Positions 1-11,186 are shown, counted from the first letter of the stretch. The stretch is DNA of 64,000 bases from Wickerhamiella versatilis (GCA_030867685.1 JAQOWU010000001.1:620001-684000), one strand, 5' to 3'. Numbers and translations: made by a program. Notes: generated from the sequence alone by a model not told the origin.

Positions 1-1456
1 TCGGTTCGACAGTTGCATCGGTTGAGGAACTGGGAAGGACTGTAGGTTCATCATTCAAAGAACTTGTACCCTCTCCAATATTAGTCGACTCCGCGGTACC
101 TTGCTCACTAGGTGTTAAATCTGGAGTGCTTTCAGCAGAACTGGGGGTCGGATTACTAGCTGTAACACCTAGCGGGCTTTGAGATAAGTCCGTGGCTGTA
201 TCACTAGAGGTGGGTACAACTCCCAAGGTACTTTGAGGTATATTTGTGGCTTGATCATCAGATGATACAGCCGTGGCTTCACTGTTAGAGTCAACCTCCG
301 TGCTATCACTCGAGCTTGCCAAAATGCTTGTTGCTGTTCCATCAGAATGACCCAAGCTTTCAGTGGTCGCAGTCGGGATGGAAGCTGGAGTGGAGGAGAA
401 CACCGTGGCATCAGCACTGTTGGGAAATGCTGTCGCATCACCTGTACTGGAGGATATGACGGTGGGCTGTCCAACCGCACTTACTTCGGGTTTGCTTTGC
501 AGCAAGGAAGAGCTGGATTCCGTTGCGATCTGCCCTCCTAATTGGATATCACTGCTTGCGGTCAAACTTGACGGCCCCACAGCGGTCGCATCTGAATTTG
601 TCGAGACGGGACCCGATGTTGCTTGCGTTAACGTTGGAGATGCCATCGCACCGTTATTAGTACCATCAACTGTAGAACCTGCTACTGTTGATAAATAAGA
701 GCTCGGGTCATTCTCGGTTGCTGCGCTTTCCGAGCCCTGATCAGGCGAGATTTGTATCTGCGATGACGGCGATGCTAGGGGGGATCCACCGGTGAACAAC
801 GAGGATGTACCCTGCGTCCCTGCTACTGGAATCACTGATGCCGAATCAGATCCTTGGGTAGCCGCTGGTTGCACCGAGGAGGTAGAGTCCTCTGCTAAGG
901 TCCACACCAGAACTGGGAAGGAAACATCTGACGATGAGCTTGTGGAAAGCGGCATCACCGTCCCAGTATCCGGAGCCGATGTCATTGACCACGTGGTTCG
1001 GACATCTAACGAACTTGTGGATGGCCCTTCATTAATGGATGCTGTATCACTGGGTTCACTTTGTGGATACCAACCTGCAGAGGACGTGGCCAACACACCA
1101 CCATCTGTTTGGACCCGAGAGGAGTCCCAAGTATCTGAACTAGGAGCCAAAGTGCTCTGAGCAGCCAAAGAAGTCAGCTGCCAGGCAGAGGAAGAGTAGA
1201 GTTGATATTCGGAAGTTGGTGACGTTACTAGGGGCACCTGCGAGGACATGGACGAAGAGGACTCCTGCGTGGGTATTGTAGTCTGAATCGTGGGCGCCTG
1301 CGTCCAGTCGACCGAGGAGGTGTTTGCTCTCTGGTATTGGTTTCCACCCTGTCCTGCATTTGCGTGTCCTACGCCAGCCGCCATATTCCATGGTCTGTCA
1401 CGTTTTTTTACTGCATCTGCTCCGCCGAGCGCAAGCAGGAGCAGAAAAGAGTGCAT
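1..1456 (-). CDS. Secreted Ser/Thr-rich mucin/cell-surface protein (3' end runs off the window)
   Basis: Own translation from ATG at 1456: MHSFLLLLALGGADA-VKKR-DRPW..., i.e. signal peptide, Kex2-like KR site, then an open Ser/Thr/Pro-rich frame to the window edge. Absent from the ORF track because the stop is outside the window. Confidence 0.8.
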   Translation of the reverse strand, partial: MHSFLLLLALGGADAVKKRDRPWNMAAGVGHANAGQGGNQYQRANTSSVDWTQAPTIQTTIPTQESSSSMSSQVPLVTSPTSEYQLYSSSAWQLTSLAAQSTLAPSSDTWDSSRVQTDGGVLATSSAGWYPQSEPSDTASINEGPSTSSLDVRTTWSMTSAPDTGTVMPLSTSSSSDVSFPVLVWTLAEDSTSSVQPAATQGSDSASVIPVAGTQGTSSLFTGGSPLASPSSQIQISPDQGSESAATENDPSSYLSTVAGSTVDGTNNGAMASPTLTQATSGPVSTNSDATAVGPSSLTASSDIQLGGQIATESSSSLLQSKPEVSAVGQPTVISSSTGDATAFPNSADATVFSSTPASIPTATTESLGHSDGTATSILASSSDSTEVDSNSEATAVSSDDQATNIPQSTLGVVPTSSDTATDLSQSPLGVTASNPTPSSAESTPDLTPSEQGTAESTNIGEGTSSLNDEPTVLPSSSTDATVEP

Positions 1457-1472
1457 GCAAGTTAGAAACAAT

Positions 1473-1533
1473 CTGGAATGGGTTAGTACTGACTTCGGAA
1501 ATTACCATTGTTTTAGCCTGCTAAGGTTCATAC
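1473..1533 (-). other. Putative 61-nt spliceosomal intron in the 5' UTR of the mucin gene
   Basis: Minus strand: GTATGA at 1533, perfect TACTAAC at 1488-1482, CAG ending at 1473, 16 nt before the ATG. Confidence 0.55.
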
Positions 1534-2740
1534 CTAGTAAGTGAGCCCGAAAGAAGGTACAGGACCGAACTTCCTATTAGGGAAAAAATCACTTCACTAG
1601 CCTTGAACCACCAGTTTGAATGTCGAGCGAGTTCACGTTGCCCTCTAGTTGTGGGAAGACCAGACACCCAAATACCGGCATAGCCCCCCTTAATTAAAGC
1701 CAACGCTCCCTGCGCCCTATATCTCTTGTTTGGAAACAGCGGGTGGCTGCAATCCCATCATCATTACTTACCTGTACCACTCTCAAATAAAAAGAGATGA
1801 ATCAAGGGTCGTACCTCGAAAAATGTTGATTTTTGTGAAGTGCGAACGCGGTTAGGTTTTATCTCATTAGTTCCAATTCACCTCAGACACGCATGGATGT
1901 CCCTAACCGCATACCACGAGGAACCCGACGTTTGGGCACAAATACCTTAAAACATGCATGCATACCCACCAAATCATACTAGTGATTCGATTAGTGACTA
2001 GTTGGTCTATTCATATAACCTATCAAGGCAGTAAAAATTTAGCGAGCAGACTAAACGCGTCCCTACTTAATGTACGTGCAGCGACTTATTATAACGCACG
2101 TTTCGAGCTAACCTTGCTAGAAAATCAGTCCAGCGCATTAGTTATTGGGTAGCCAATTCAGTAGGGTTTATCCTCTCATCTGTAATCGGTGTATGTCAGC
2201 ATACCGGATAATTTACTCCTAGATTAACACAGGAGACAAAAACATACCACATCTTATATCCAGGTATTCTTTTGTTATCACCTGGAGATTTGATATCTCA
2301 ATTACGTAGGTTATAGTGAGTTGTGTTAAAAAATCTTGCGATTGCGTATGATACTAGTGGATAATTATATACCCAGTGTTCAGTTGACTCGTGAACCACT
2401 TCATTTGTTATCCCGATTCTACTAATCATTCTTCTTGTATGATCAGCATTCCACAAGCAGAAGTTTTTGACGCAATCGCTATCTATAACGAGAAGTGACT
2501 GGCGGGGGGTGCTATTTAATTAGTCTCGGCGACTCACCGATCACGACTCACCGATCACGATTCGGCTGATGTAAGATACCCCACAATTCGCTCTGTATTT
2601 TTTTTCTCTTGTAAAGTTTAGTGTATCGGAGATGGGCAAAATAAGCCTATTGAGTTGAAACCGACAACGTTTAATTCAACTAAATTTTAGATAGATTAGA
2701 CTACCATCTTACTAATAGGTTTGAATTTACCAGGGCGAAA

Positions 2741-4066
2741 ATGCGTCGGTTCGCTAGCTCGGTGGTGAAGAGGCCTGTCTTGACGCCATTGAAGCAATAC
2801 GAGGCTTTCGTACAAAATGGATACATCAAAGATGATCCACACCAGCGTGAGATACTAAAGCAGCTTGGGAGCACACACAGCGTGCTCGAGACATATCGGC
2901 CAAAGCCGTTGAAGCCGAAAACACAGGTTTCCAAGCTAACCTCGTGGTTTCTTGGTACAAGAAAACAAATAGGACCTTCTGGGGTTTACCTTTATGGTGA
3001 TGTCGGCTCAGGAAAGACAATGATGATGGATCTTTTTTACTCAACAGTACCAGCACATCTGAAGAAAAAAAGAGTGCATTTCCACGCGTTTATGCAGGAA
3101 ATACACAAGAGGGTCCATGTCCTTCGATCAGTGCTGAACAAAGACGAAGATCCAATCCATCATATTACTGATGATATTGCAGCACAATGCAACGTGCTTG
3201 CGCTGGATGAAATGCAGGTAACAGACATTGCAGATGCAATGATTCTTCGGCACTTGCTTGAACAGCTTTATGCAGACGGTGTGGTTACCTTCTTCACGTC
3301 AAATAGGGAACCCAGTGAGCTATACAAGCACGGAGTCCAGCGCAACTCGTTTATTCCTGCAATCAAACTATTAGAACAACGAAACCACGTAATAAAACTT
3401 GACTCTCCCACAGACTACCGCAAGCTTCCCCGGCCAGCAAGTGGGGTTTACTATTTTCCAGATCCCAATCTGCCTGCCGAAGAGCAGGAGGAGAGAGCGC
3501 GTAACCATTGTCAGCGGTGGTTCGACTATTTCGCTGATGGTGTACCTCCTGTCTATAACAGGCAACTAAAAGTCTGGGGTCGCTCAATAACCCTGCCAAA
3601 ATCAGCTGATGATCATGTCATGCAGTTCACGTTCGAGGAACTCTGTGGAGATATGAAAAGTGCTGCGGACTACTTGGAAATGTGTCGCCAGATTGATGCC
3701 TGTGTGATCAGTGATATCCCCGAACTCTCCCTGGAACAGCGGGACATCGCTCGGCGGTTCATAACCTTTCTAGATGCTGCCTACGACGCGCATATAAAGT
3801 TAGCGGCAGTGGCTGCAAAGCCCTTCAACAAACTCTTCAATACCAAACACCTGACTATAGATGCAAAGACCCACAAGGTTGTATTAATTGGCGATGATAC
3901 AGATAATATCACGAACTTATCGAATTTCGCAGGTCATGAGGAGATGTTCGCATTTGCTCGAGCGTTATCGCGCTTGGAGCAGATGGCTTCGATAGAATGG
4001 CTCGAGTGGGAGGCTCCCACAAATCCATTCGCATTGTCTAATAGACCCCGAGGTTCTAGAGAATAA
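2741..4066 (+). CDS. AFG1: Mitochondrial AFG1/LACE1-family ATPase
   Basis: GVYLYGDVGSGKT Walker A, RVHFHAFM, LALDEMQVTDIADAMIL, FAFARALSRL. Confidence 0.93.
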   Translation: MRRFASSVVKRPVLTPLKQYEAFVQNGYIKDDPHQREILKQLGSTHSVLETYRPKPLKPKTQVSKLTSWFLGTRKQIGPSGVYLYGDVGSGKTMMMDLFYSTVPAHLKKKRVHFHAFMQEIHKRVHVLRSVLNKDEDPIHHITDDIAAQCNVLALDEMQVTDIADAMILRHLLEQLYADGVVTFFTSNREPSELYKHGVQRNSFIPAIKLLEQRNHVIKLDSPTDYRKLPRPASGVYYFPDPNLPAEEQEERARNHCQRWFDYFADGVPPVYNRQLKVWGRSITLPKSADDHVMQFTFEELCGDMKSAADYLEMCRQIDACVISDIPELSLEQRDIARRFITFLDAAYDAHIKLAAVAAKPFNKLFNTKHLTIDAKTHKVVLIGDDTDNITNLSNFAGHEEMFAFARALSRLEQMASIEWLEWEAPTNPFALSNRPRGSRE

Positions 4067-4202
4067 TGACTTAAGTAATTTTATCAAGATTAAGGCGAAG
4101 AATGAGAGAGACATATACCTTCTCCACCAACATGTTCTCTACCTCCTTTGGGAATACATGAAATGAAACTACCAAAGTCATCCCGTCAGACGACAAAAAA
4201 CA

Positions 4203-4421
4203 CTAATGACCCTCTCTCCAGTCCTCGGGCTCTGTATCATCAGAATCAGCATGAGGTATCGCTGAAGCCGGCTCGACTATCGGCTCCACGGCTTGACGTG
4301 CATGCCACGCTGCCTGCATAGCATGCCACGCTGCTTGCTGAGCATGCCATGCTGCATTAGGCCTATTACCATCGAATAATGAAAGAAAAGCCTTGGAATC
4401 ACCAGGCAATTTGTCGGCCAT
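4203..4421 (-). CDS. Small 72-aa hypothetical protein with three AAWHAxQ repeats
   Basis: ATG at 4421 (MADKLPG...), in-frame 21-bp repeats, acidic tail; fills the AFG1-VMA8 gap. Confidence 0.45.
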   Translation of the reverse strand: MADKLPGDSKAFLSLFDGNRPNAAWHAQQAAWHAMQAAWHARQAVEPIVEPASAIPHADSDDTEPEDWREGH

Positions 4422-4617
4422 GAGGGATGGAAATAGCCTCACCGTACAATCTGCCCTTACCCTATCTGTAGCTCAAAGAACCTCTTAACTGGCAACAAAA
4501 AAGTAGTCAACGCACACCGTTCTTGGTAAATAATGGTGCCAAACCGCATTATTGAAGAGTTGTTTTAATTTAGTTTTTGTCAGTGTGTTCAAGCTCAACT
4601 TCGGTAGCGACAGGTCA

Positions 4618-5481
4618 CTAAAATACGACATCCTCGTCTTTGTCTTCGCCCAAAAGATCTTGTGGTGCAGTATCATTCTTTTCTGCTTGCTCAGTGCCTT
4701 CAGTCTTTTCTTGAGACTCTGCCTCACCCGATGGGGCCTCTGATTGATTTGTAGGCTCTTCTTTGGCCGTTTCTTTAACTTCAGCTTCATCTTCTTCAAC
4801 CTCCTCATTATGCAGCTCGTCAAGCTTCAACTCTGCCTCGCGCTGCTTGTTATTCTGTATTTTCTTTAAACGGAAGAACTCTTCACGTTCAAGCTCATCA
4901 AGTTCACTCAAAATATAGGATATAGTGTTTTCGGCACGGGGAATTATAACATGCTCAATGGCGTTCACACGCCGATTTGTGACCTTGATAACATCGTCCA
5001 GTGTCATAAATGATGTTTGTAACGACGCAAGCTCCACAAGAGCTTCAACAGCACGTTGATATACCTCTTTAGCTTTTGCGACTTGTTGTCCTCCACGCCC
5101 AAGTCCTGTCATGCGAAAATCATCTATCTCCTTATTGCAAACGACGCTAAATGATGGCAGAAACACACCGCTGACATTCTCACTTTTAGACGCCACGCGG
5201 AACCTCGCAGTTGTTACAGACTCCTGGACCTGGTAAGAAATATTATCTCCTGTGGCATATGCAACCTCAGCCAGAGCAAAACTTGCTGTTTGCATAACCC
5301 GGCCCATCTTACGTTTGGCATCATCAATTAGTTTCGTGATATCCCTGAAACGCTTCGTGAGGGCCTCGCTCTTTCGCTTCAGAAGTGTGTGGCCTTGCGA
5401 AGCACCCTTGAGCTTGGCCTTCATCATGTTGAGCGTCATTCTCGTGGGAAACACTGCCTCCCGATTGGCATTGCCAGACAT
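4618..5481 (-). CDS. VMA8: V-ATPase V1 subunit D with acidic C-terminal extension
   Basis: [53 protein letters not shown] start at 5481. Confidence 0.96.
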   Translation of the reverse strand: MSGNANREAVFPTRMTLNMMKAKLKGASQGHTLLKRKSEALTKRFRDITKLIDDAKRKMGRVMQTASFALAEVAYATGDNISYQVQESVTTARFRVASKSENVSGVFLPSFSVVCNKEIDDFRMTGLGRGGQQVAKAKEVYQRAVEALVELASLQTSFMTLDDVIKVTNRRVNAIEHVIIPRAENTISYILSELDELEREEFFRLKKIQNNKQREAELKLDELHNEEVEEDEAEVKETAKEEPTNQSEAPSGEAESQEKTEGTEQAEKNDTAPQDLLGEDKDEDVVF

Positions 5482-5712
5482 CCCTGAAGTGTTGCTGACA
5501 AAGGGCAAAGGTTGAGCACAAACTATGCATGAAATGAAATCAGCCTAGAGGCATAATATATACACTAAAAATTAAATAACTTGCCTCAATGAGCTCGATA
5601 TTAGTATTAAGAAATGGCTTCAATGCCACATATTCGAGAATCATTTTTGCAGTACGTGTTGCGGCCGGCTGGGCAAAATAGCTCTCACACAATGGCACAT
5701 AATCACAATTTG

Positions 5713-6771
5713 CTACGTCGCATTCATCAAGATATTTACAGCTCGAGATGCATCCTCTTCCCCTAAGAGATCCGTCAATTCGGTGACCAGCGCATTCCTA
5801 CTTGTGGGAAGCAAATCCTCCAGAAACTCCACTATCTCAGCACGGTCCTCTGCTTCAGACGGATCATCGCCACACACCGCAGAGGCTACCTTTTCGAGAA
5901 CATCGCGCGATGCTGTGACATTTAACTTCAAAACCACTCGAGATCGCTCTTTCTGTTCTGCCTGCCTGTCCTGCTCGTCCCGTTGTACCTCTTCTTTCCG
6001 CTTTTCGTACCATTCTTCGGACAGAGCTCCCGGGAAGGTTTGCATCTCATATTTTTGCATATCCCGGGAGGCATTGATCCGGTTCATGCGTTGGGTAAGT
6101 GCCTCACATCTTTCTCCTAGCTGAACCAGCTCCTCCGATATGCCATGTAGGAATTGATCCCATTTACTGGACTCCGTCTTAGCAGGCGTTTCCTGTGGCT
6201 CGGAAGAGACAGACGGTTGGCTTTTATCTGATAACAAGGCTGCCGCTGCCGCTGCAACTTTCTCCTGATGATTTCTCCGCAACCGCTCAGACTGCAACCT
6301 CCATATGCGAATATCATGCTTCAAGTCATCAATAGGTATCCCCTCCGTATCAAACGAGTCTGTCAGGGTACCGTCTGGTCCCTGAACATTATCATCTGCG
6401 GCTGCGGGTGGCTCGACGACAGTGCCTGCTTCAAGTTTCAAACGGATCCTTCGTGCCGCAAGCTCTGGATTGAGCCGTGGGTCGGCTAAAGTACTCTCCA
6501 GTCGAGCCTTTTTACTGTTATCGCAAGAGCATTGAATGCCCAGATGGCTCAGCACAGCCATCGCACCTTTTACCTGCAAGTCGCCTCGAAAGCCAAGGAA
6601 TCCAAAGCATGTGCTTCCGACGCGATTCCATGCTATAGCCCCAATCTCACCGAATGCTTGAAGAACAGCGTCGTCTGCTACATTAACAGGGATGTTTGTA
6701 ACAAACAGTGTCCGCGAACCATCCATAAAGATTACATAAACAAATTTGTGACGGTGAGACAGAAAAGCCAT
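5713..6771 (-). CDS. N-terminal RRM-like protein with charged coiled coil; possibly Snu71/RBM25-like U1 snRNP protein
   Basis: RTLFVTNIP RNP2-like and CFGFLGF RNP1-like motifs; helical C-terminus (ELTDLLGEEDA) resembling a PWI domain. Confidence 0.5.
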   Translation of the reverse strand: MAFLSHRHKFVYVIFMDGSRTLFVTNIPVNVADDAVLQAFGEIGAIAWNRVGSTCFGFLGFRGDLQVKGAMAVLSHLGIQCSCDNSKKARLESTLADPRLNPELAARRIRLKLEAGTVVEPPAAADDNVQGPDGTLTDSFDTEGIPIDDLKHDIRIWRLQSERLRRNHQEKVAAAAAALLSDKSQPSVSSEPQETPAKTESSKWDQFLHGISEELVQLGERCEALTQRMNRINASRDMQKYEMQTFPGALSEEWYEKRKEEVQRDEQDRQAEQKERSRVVLKLNVTASRDVLEKVASAVCGDDPSEAEDRAEIVEFLEDLLPTSRNALVTELTDLLGEEDASRAVNILMNAT

Positions 6772-7081
6772 CCATCAGCTCTCTCCCACAACCAAGATTT
6801 GCCGTGCAATAAATGGAATTGTTTAGACAATTTTCCTGGGAGATGACGATACAGAATTTGCTTTAATTTTTATGCTTATCGGCTGAGGTCATAATTAGAA
6901 TTAAATTGGTGACCACCTCAAATGTACGTCTTTCGGTCACCGAAAGTGATATGTATGAATGAATTTGAGGGCCTTATGGGTGATGCTCGTTTTCATCGTT
7001 CAAACAAAATTGCGCCATCTCGTCTATAGCGATGAGTCATATAAGGGATCATATCATCATCCTATCACTCTGAAGGTGTGC

Positions 7082-8326
7082 ATGTGTAAGACAGTAAATA
7101 TTATTGGGGCTGGACCCTGTGGTTTTGGTGTTGCACGCGCTTTGTTGGCTGAGAATGCTCAATTCCACATCAGACTCTTTGATGGCAAAAGTAGATTTGG
7201 TGGTGTTTGGGATTACGTTCCTGGCAGTGGACCAATGTATCGGGATCTAGACACAAATATTCCACATAAAATAATGGAATACTCCCATAGACCTTTCTCG
7301 GGGCCCTCGGGGTTATTTCCCACCCGGGATGAGGTACTCAAATATGTCACGCAGTATTCCGAGGAAGTGTCTGATCATCCTGATGTGGATGTCAAACTTG
7401 GCACACCAGTCAGTCGTTTATCAAAGAATGGTGAGAAATGGCTAGTTGAGACACCTTCAGGTAATTATGATAGTGATTATACTGTCATTGCCGCTGGGCA
7501 CTTCCGGGACCCTTACTTCCCGCCCATTCCAGGCCTAAAGGAGTGGGCACAAAAAGACCCTAGTTTTGTCAGGCATTCTATGGACTACGACGCCCCAGAA
7601 GAATTTGCAGACAAGCGCGTCCTAGTAATTGGAAATTCCTCCAGTGGCACGGATGTGACAGTACAGCTATTGAGACACACCGCACCTGTCACCATTTCCC
7701 GCATGCGTGAGAGTCCAACAGATGGTGCTTTCGCTGAGGATCCCGAGGCCATTGTGTGGAAGCCAGAAATAGAGTCAATTTCAGACAAAACAGTATATTT
7801 TAAAGACGGTACACAAGGACATTACGATAGAATCATCGCTTGCACTGGATACCTCTTTGACTTCCCCTTTCTCGATTGGAATCCCAATATACCTTTCCTG
7901 CATCCTAAGCGATCACGCTTAGAAAATATGTATCTGGATACAATACACATTGGCGATCCTACACTAGCAGTCACCACAATGAGCCTCAACATTGTCCCGT
8001 TCCCAATATCTGAGGCACAGGGGTCGATAATCGCAGGATTATGGAGCAACCGTTTGAAAATGCCCCCTCAATCAGAATCATTGGCAGAAGAGGCGCGCCG
8101 TGTGGAGGAGAAAGGTGATGGACGAGAGTTCCCAGTACTCCCACATGGTCAAGATGTCCAGCTCATGCGAAGAATATGGAACTGGAATAGTTCAGTTCCA
8201 GGAGGCTTTGACTGTGAGGTCTGGGACGAGGACAAACTTCAGCTGCGAAGTAAAGTTGCCGAGATCAAGAATCGTCAATTCCACGAGAAAGTTCGTCTGG
8301 CGAGGCAGCAACGGGAAGGTAGGTAG
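7082..8326 (+). CDS. FMO1: Flavin-containing monooxygenase
   Basis: IIGAGPCG FAD motif, GGVWDY, FVRHSMDY FMO motif, VIGNSSSGTD NADPH motif, CTGY. Confidence 0.9.
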   Translation: MCKTVNIIGAGPCGFGVARALLAENAQFHIRLFDGKSRFGGVWDYVPGSGPMYRDLDTNIPHKIMEYSHRPFSGPSGLFPTRDEVLKYVTQYSEEVSDHPDVDVKLGTPVSRLSKNGEKWLVETPSGNYDSDYTVIAAGHFRDPYFPPIPGLKEWAQKDPSFVRHSMDYDAPEEFADKRVLVIGNSSSGTDVTVQLLRHTAPVTISRMRESPTDGAFAEDPEAIVWKPEIESISDKTVYFKDGTQGHYDRIIACTGYLFDFPFLDWNPNIPFLHPKRSRLENMYLDTIHIGDPTLAVTTMSLNIVPFPISEAQGSIIAGLWSNRLKMPPQSESLAEEARRVEEKGDGREFPVLPHGQDVQLMRRIWNWNSSVPGGFDCEVWDEDKLQLRSKVAEIKNRQFHEKVRLARQQREGR

Positions 8327-8387
8327 ACCTCGAGTTCACCGAACCCCAATTAAATTTTACACTAAACACCACTTATCTCAAGAATCT

Positions 8388-9386
8388 CTATGCGTCTCTT
8401 CTATCTAGTAAGGTTGGTACAGAACCATTTTCAAACTCCCCTAGCCAAATGCGACCATTTTTTCCGCCTAACGCCATCCATGCATCCGGTAAAGGTCGGA
8501 TCCGGCGGGTCATGACAGGATGCGCTTCCACTTCTGAAGCTCTAACCACAGTGTAATCGCCGGGAATGGTTTGGATTTCCTCGAGACTGCTATCAAAGAC
8601 ATGCACTCGAGAATCCCACCCTGCAGCCATTAGTCTAGAAACGTTGAATTCCAATGAGCTGATGCCCTTGAAAGAGAGTTTTACCTTGGACACTGTTACG
8701 CTATCCATTGAAAGAACACCTAACGTGCGATCCGCTGCACCACTAAAAACACGTTTGCCGTCACTTGCTAGGCACATTACCGGTTCGGTATGAACCTTTT
8801 CTGCAGTAACTAGTGAACCGTCGGCATCAAATACAGCTATATCACCTGATTCATAGCCAGCGACGAGCCTATCCTCAATCCAAATCAGTGACATCACACT
8901 ATTGGGCGACCCGCCGTCAAAAGGCGTGACTGCTTTCAATGGCCTGGTGAGCGGTGAGATTGTGTAAACGTCGATTTTATCCGACCCTGCAGTAGATGGT
9001 ACGGCAATCGTATTGGGGTCGATCTGCTTTACAGCAACAGCACAGAAATTTAGAGCGTTTACGTCAAGGGAATAGACAAGCCAAGGCTTTGGATAATCAA
9101 TCTCGCGGGCGGCATCATCCAATGGACGGCAGACGTACTCTTGTGGCTGTTTGAAGCTCCATATCCGTATTTTATTATCTCTTCCGTGAGTTAGTGCCTC
9201 GTGTGGGCCACGGCTTTGCACAGCTAACAATGCATGGCTATGGGCTCGCCAAATTGCCGTTGGTCTGCGAATATGCAAGTTCCAGATGACAACCCATCCA
9301 TCTTCATCCCCAGAAATGAGGCTAGCACCTCCACCGGCAAAATTCAGAGCACGAACACTTGCACTATGAGCCCTAAGCGTTGACAT
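8388..9386 (-). CDS. ASA1: WD40 protein, ASTRA-associated protein 1
   Basis: TLRAH, ISGDEDGWVVIWNL..RRP.AIWRAH, LTHGRDNKIRIW, LDVNALNFC; start MSTLRAH. Confidence 0.85.
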   Translation of the reverse strand: MSTLRAHSASVRALNFAGGGASLISGDEDGWVVIWNLHIRRPTAIWRAHSHALLAVQSRGPHEALTHGRDNKIRIWSFKQPQEYVCRPLDDAAREIDYPKPWLVYSLDVNALNFCAVAVKQIDPNTIAVPSTAGSDKIDVYTISPLTRPLKAVTPFDGGSPNSVMSLIWIEDRLVAGYESGDIAVFDADGSLVTAEKVHTEPVMCLASDGKRVFSGAADRTLGVLSMDSVTVSKVKLSFKGISSLEFNVSRLMAAGWDSRVHVFDSSLEEIQTIPGDYTVVRASEVEAHPVMTRRIRPLPDAWMALGGKNGRIWLGEFENGSVPTLLDRRDA

Positions 9387-9440
9387 ACATGGACTAGCAA
9401 TTATAGGGTTAGGAGCTTTGCTACCCAACGTTCGCACACA

Positions 9441-10019
9441 ATGTTGTTCTCGACAACACAAGCATTCTCCGAACAGCTAAAAAAATCAGGTGTGTTCCCT
9501 GATGTGATCAATGAGTTTAACCCTTCTGCAGTGCTACAAATTGATTATGGCAATGGTCATCAGGTAACTATGGGTAACGAGCTTTTGCCCTCTGATACGC
9601 AGGCTCGTCCCACTATCGGCCTTTCATTCACAAAGCCCACTAAAGGCAAGTCTTACACTCTTGTAGTTACCGATCCAGATGCGCCACGTCGGGGTGATCC
9701 CACATGGAGTGAGTTTGCCCATTTCCTTGTCACCGGCATTAAACCAGAGGTTGCTGAGGGTGAGCCCTATATGGTGGACTTCGCTAAGACCGTTCCATTG
9801 CTCACTTACATGGGCCCCGGTCCTCCTCCCGCCACGGGACTTCACCGTTACGTGTTCATCCTGTTCGAGGAGTCTGGTTCACCCAAAGGTCTTCCTTCCG
9901 ATAACAGGGCGAATTGGGGCTTTGGCAGGCCAGGTGCAGGCGTGAGGGACTGGATAAAGGATCAGTCGCTGGTGCCTGTGGGCATAAACTTCTTTGTAGC
10001 TAAGAACGCACAACAGTAG
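9441..10019 (+). CDS. TFS1: PEBP-family carboxypeptidase Y inhibitor
   Basis: YTLVVTDPDAP, WSEFAH, YMGPGPPPATGLHRYVF. Confidence 0.9.
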   Translation: MLFSTTQAFSEQLKKSGVFPDVINEFNPSAVLQIDYGNGHQVTMGNELLPSDTQARPTIGLSFTKPTKGKSYTLVVTDPDAPRRGDPTWSEFAHFLVTGIKPEVAEGEPYMVDFAKTVPLLTYMGPGPPPATGLHRYVFILFEESGSPKGLPSDNRANWGFGRPGAGVRDWIKDQSLVPVGINFFVAKNAQQ

Positions 10020-10331
10020 GAAAGGTAATTCTTGTTTAAAGATAACCTTAAAACTTTATATACGACCTATAAACAATGACCCATATATCTATATCTTTTT
10101 GAATTAAAGGAATTTCTTGAACTTTTTAAGTTGAAAGACCAGATAAAATCTATACATATGGAGGTCAATTAGGAACTCCAATATTTAGCGATTAAGATAT
10201 TAGTTTAGCAGGCATTATTATCACTTTTCTATTATTTAATTACGCAGTACATAAATCGCGATGGCAGTACCTTTATACTTTCTATCTCACCTGAACCTGG
10301 TTAGCCTGCATGGTACATGGTACTTCCAGCA

Positions 10332-11186
10332 CTACATTCCCACCCGCCACATCTTGAGCCGCTCCACAGTCATAAACATTATAATTGTCTGAGGGCCGAG
10401 TCGGATGAACGCAGGGGTCCAGCCTCGAAACAGGAATGCGAGGCCTTCTCTTTTATAGCCACTAGTAATGACTTTGATCGGTGAGACCTTCTCACTCGCA
10501 TTCATGGCACGCGTCTTTATTACATCAACAGGCGAACAAACAGTAGTAGCTACAAAACCAGCCCATATCGATGCTGCGAAAAACAGGCTTTGGGTGCCGG
10601 CCTTCATGTCGAAGTACTTCATTAGGAAATTTTTGCCTGTGTCGTAACTCACAACCTGCCCGGCGGTCATTGCCACACCACGGGTGGCATTAGGTCCAAC
10701 GCCACGCAAGAGGGCCTTGAATCCTTCATCACGGCAGATCTTGATGACGCCATCAACGGCATTACGATATCCTCGGCGTTGGGCCGCCGGAAGTGCACGA
10801 TCATTCTGCATTCGTACATTCACGACATCCGCTGGGTTGCCAACCACCGATCCTGCAAAGCCTGATAACATTGAAAAAGGCAAAAGCACCGAAATGGGAG
10901 GGGTCTTATCACCATCTTGCACCAGACTTTTCAGCTTATCATACAAGCCGAATCTAACCATGGAATACGTCATTTGGCGTAACATTGAAGCACTTAGACC
11001 ATCATAAATTCCAGTGAAGCCTGCAGTTTTTAAAGTATACCAGAGTGTTCCAAGCATTCCTCTTCCGGGGACAGGAGAACTCTGCATACGTGCCTTGGCC
11101 AAATCAAGAGGATGTGTTACCCCGGCACCTACACATGACCCAGCACCTCCGTACCAAAATGGATACTGCTCTTGTTTCACGCTCAT
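10332..11186 (-). CDS. DIC1: Mitochondrial dicarboxylate carrier
   Basis: YPFWYGG, THPLDLAKARMQ, GNPADVVNVRMQND, CSPVDVIKTR. Confidence 0.9.
   Translation of the reverse strand: MSVKQEQYPFWYGGAGSCVGAGVTHPLDLAKARMQSSPVPGRGMLGTLWYTLKTAGFTGIYDGLSASMLRQMTYSMVRFGLYDKLKSLVQDGDKTPPISVLLPFSMLSGFAGSVVGNPADVVNVRMQNDRALPAAQRRGYRNAVDGVIKICRDEGFKALLRGVGPNATRGVAMTAGQVVSYDTGKNFLMKYFDMKAGTQSLFFAASIWAGFVATTVCSPVDVIKTRAMNASEKVSPIKVITSGYKREGLAFLFRGWTPAFIRLGPQTIIMFMTVERLKMWRVGM

Noticed and set aside
169-1544. Short ORFs listed at the window start
   Set aside because: Antisense or off-frame shadows of the minus-strand mucin gene.
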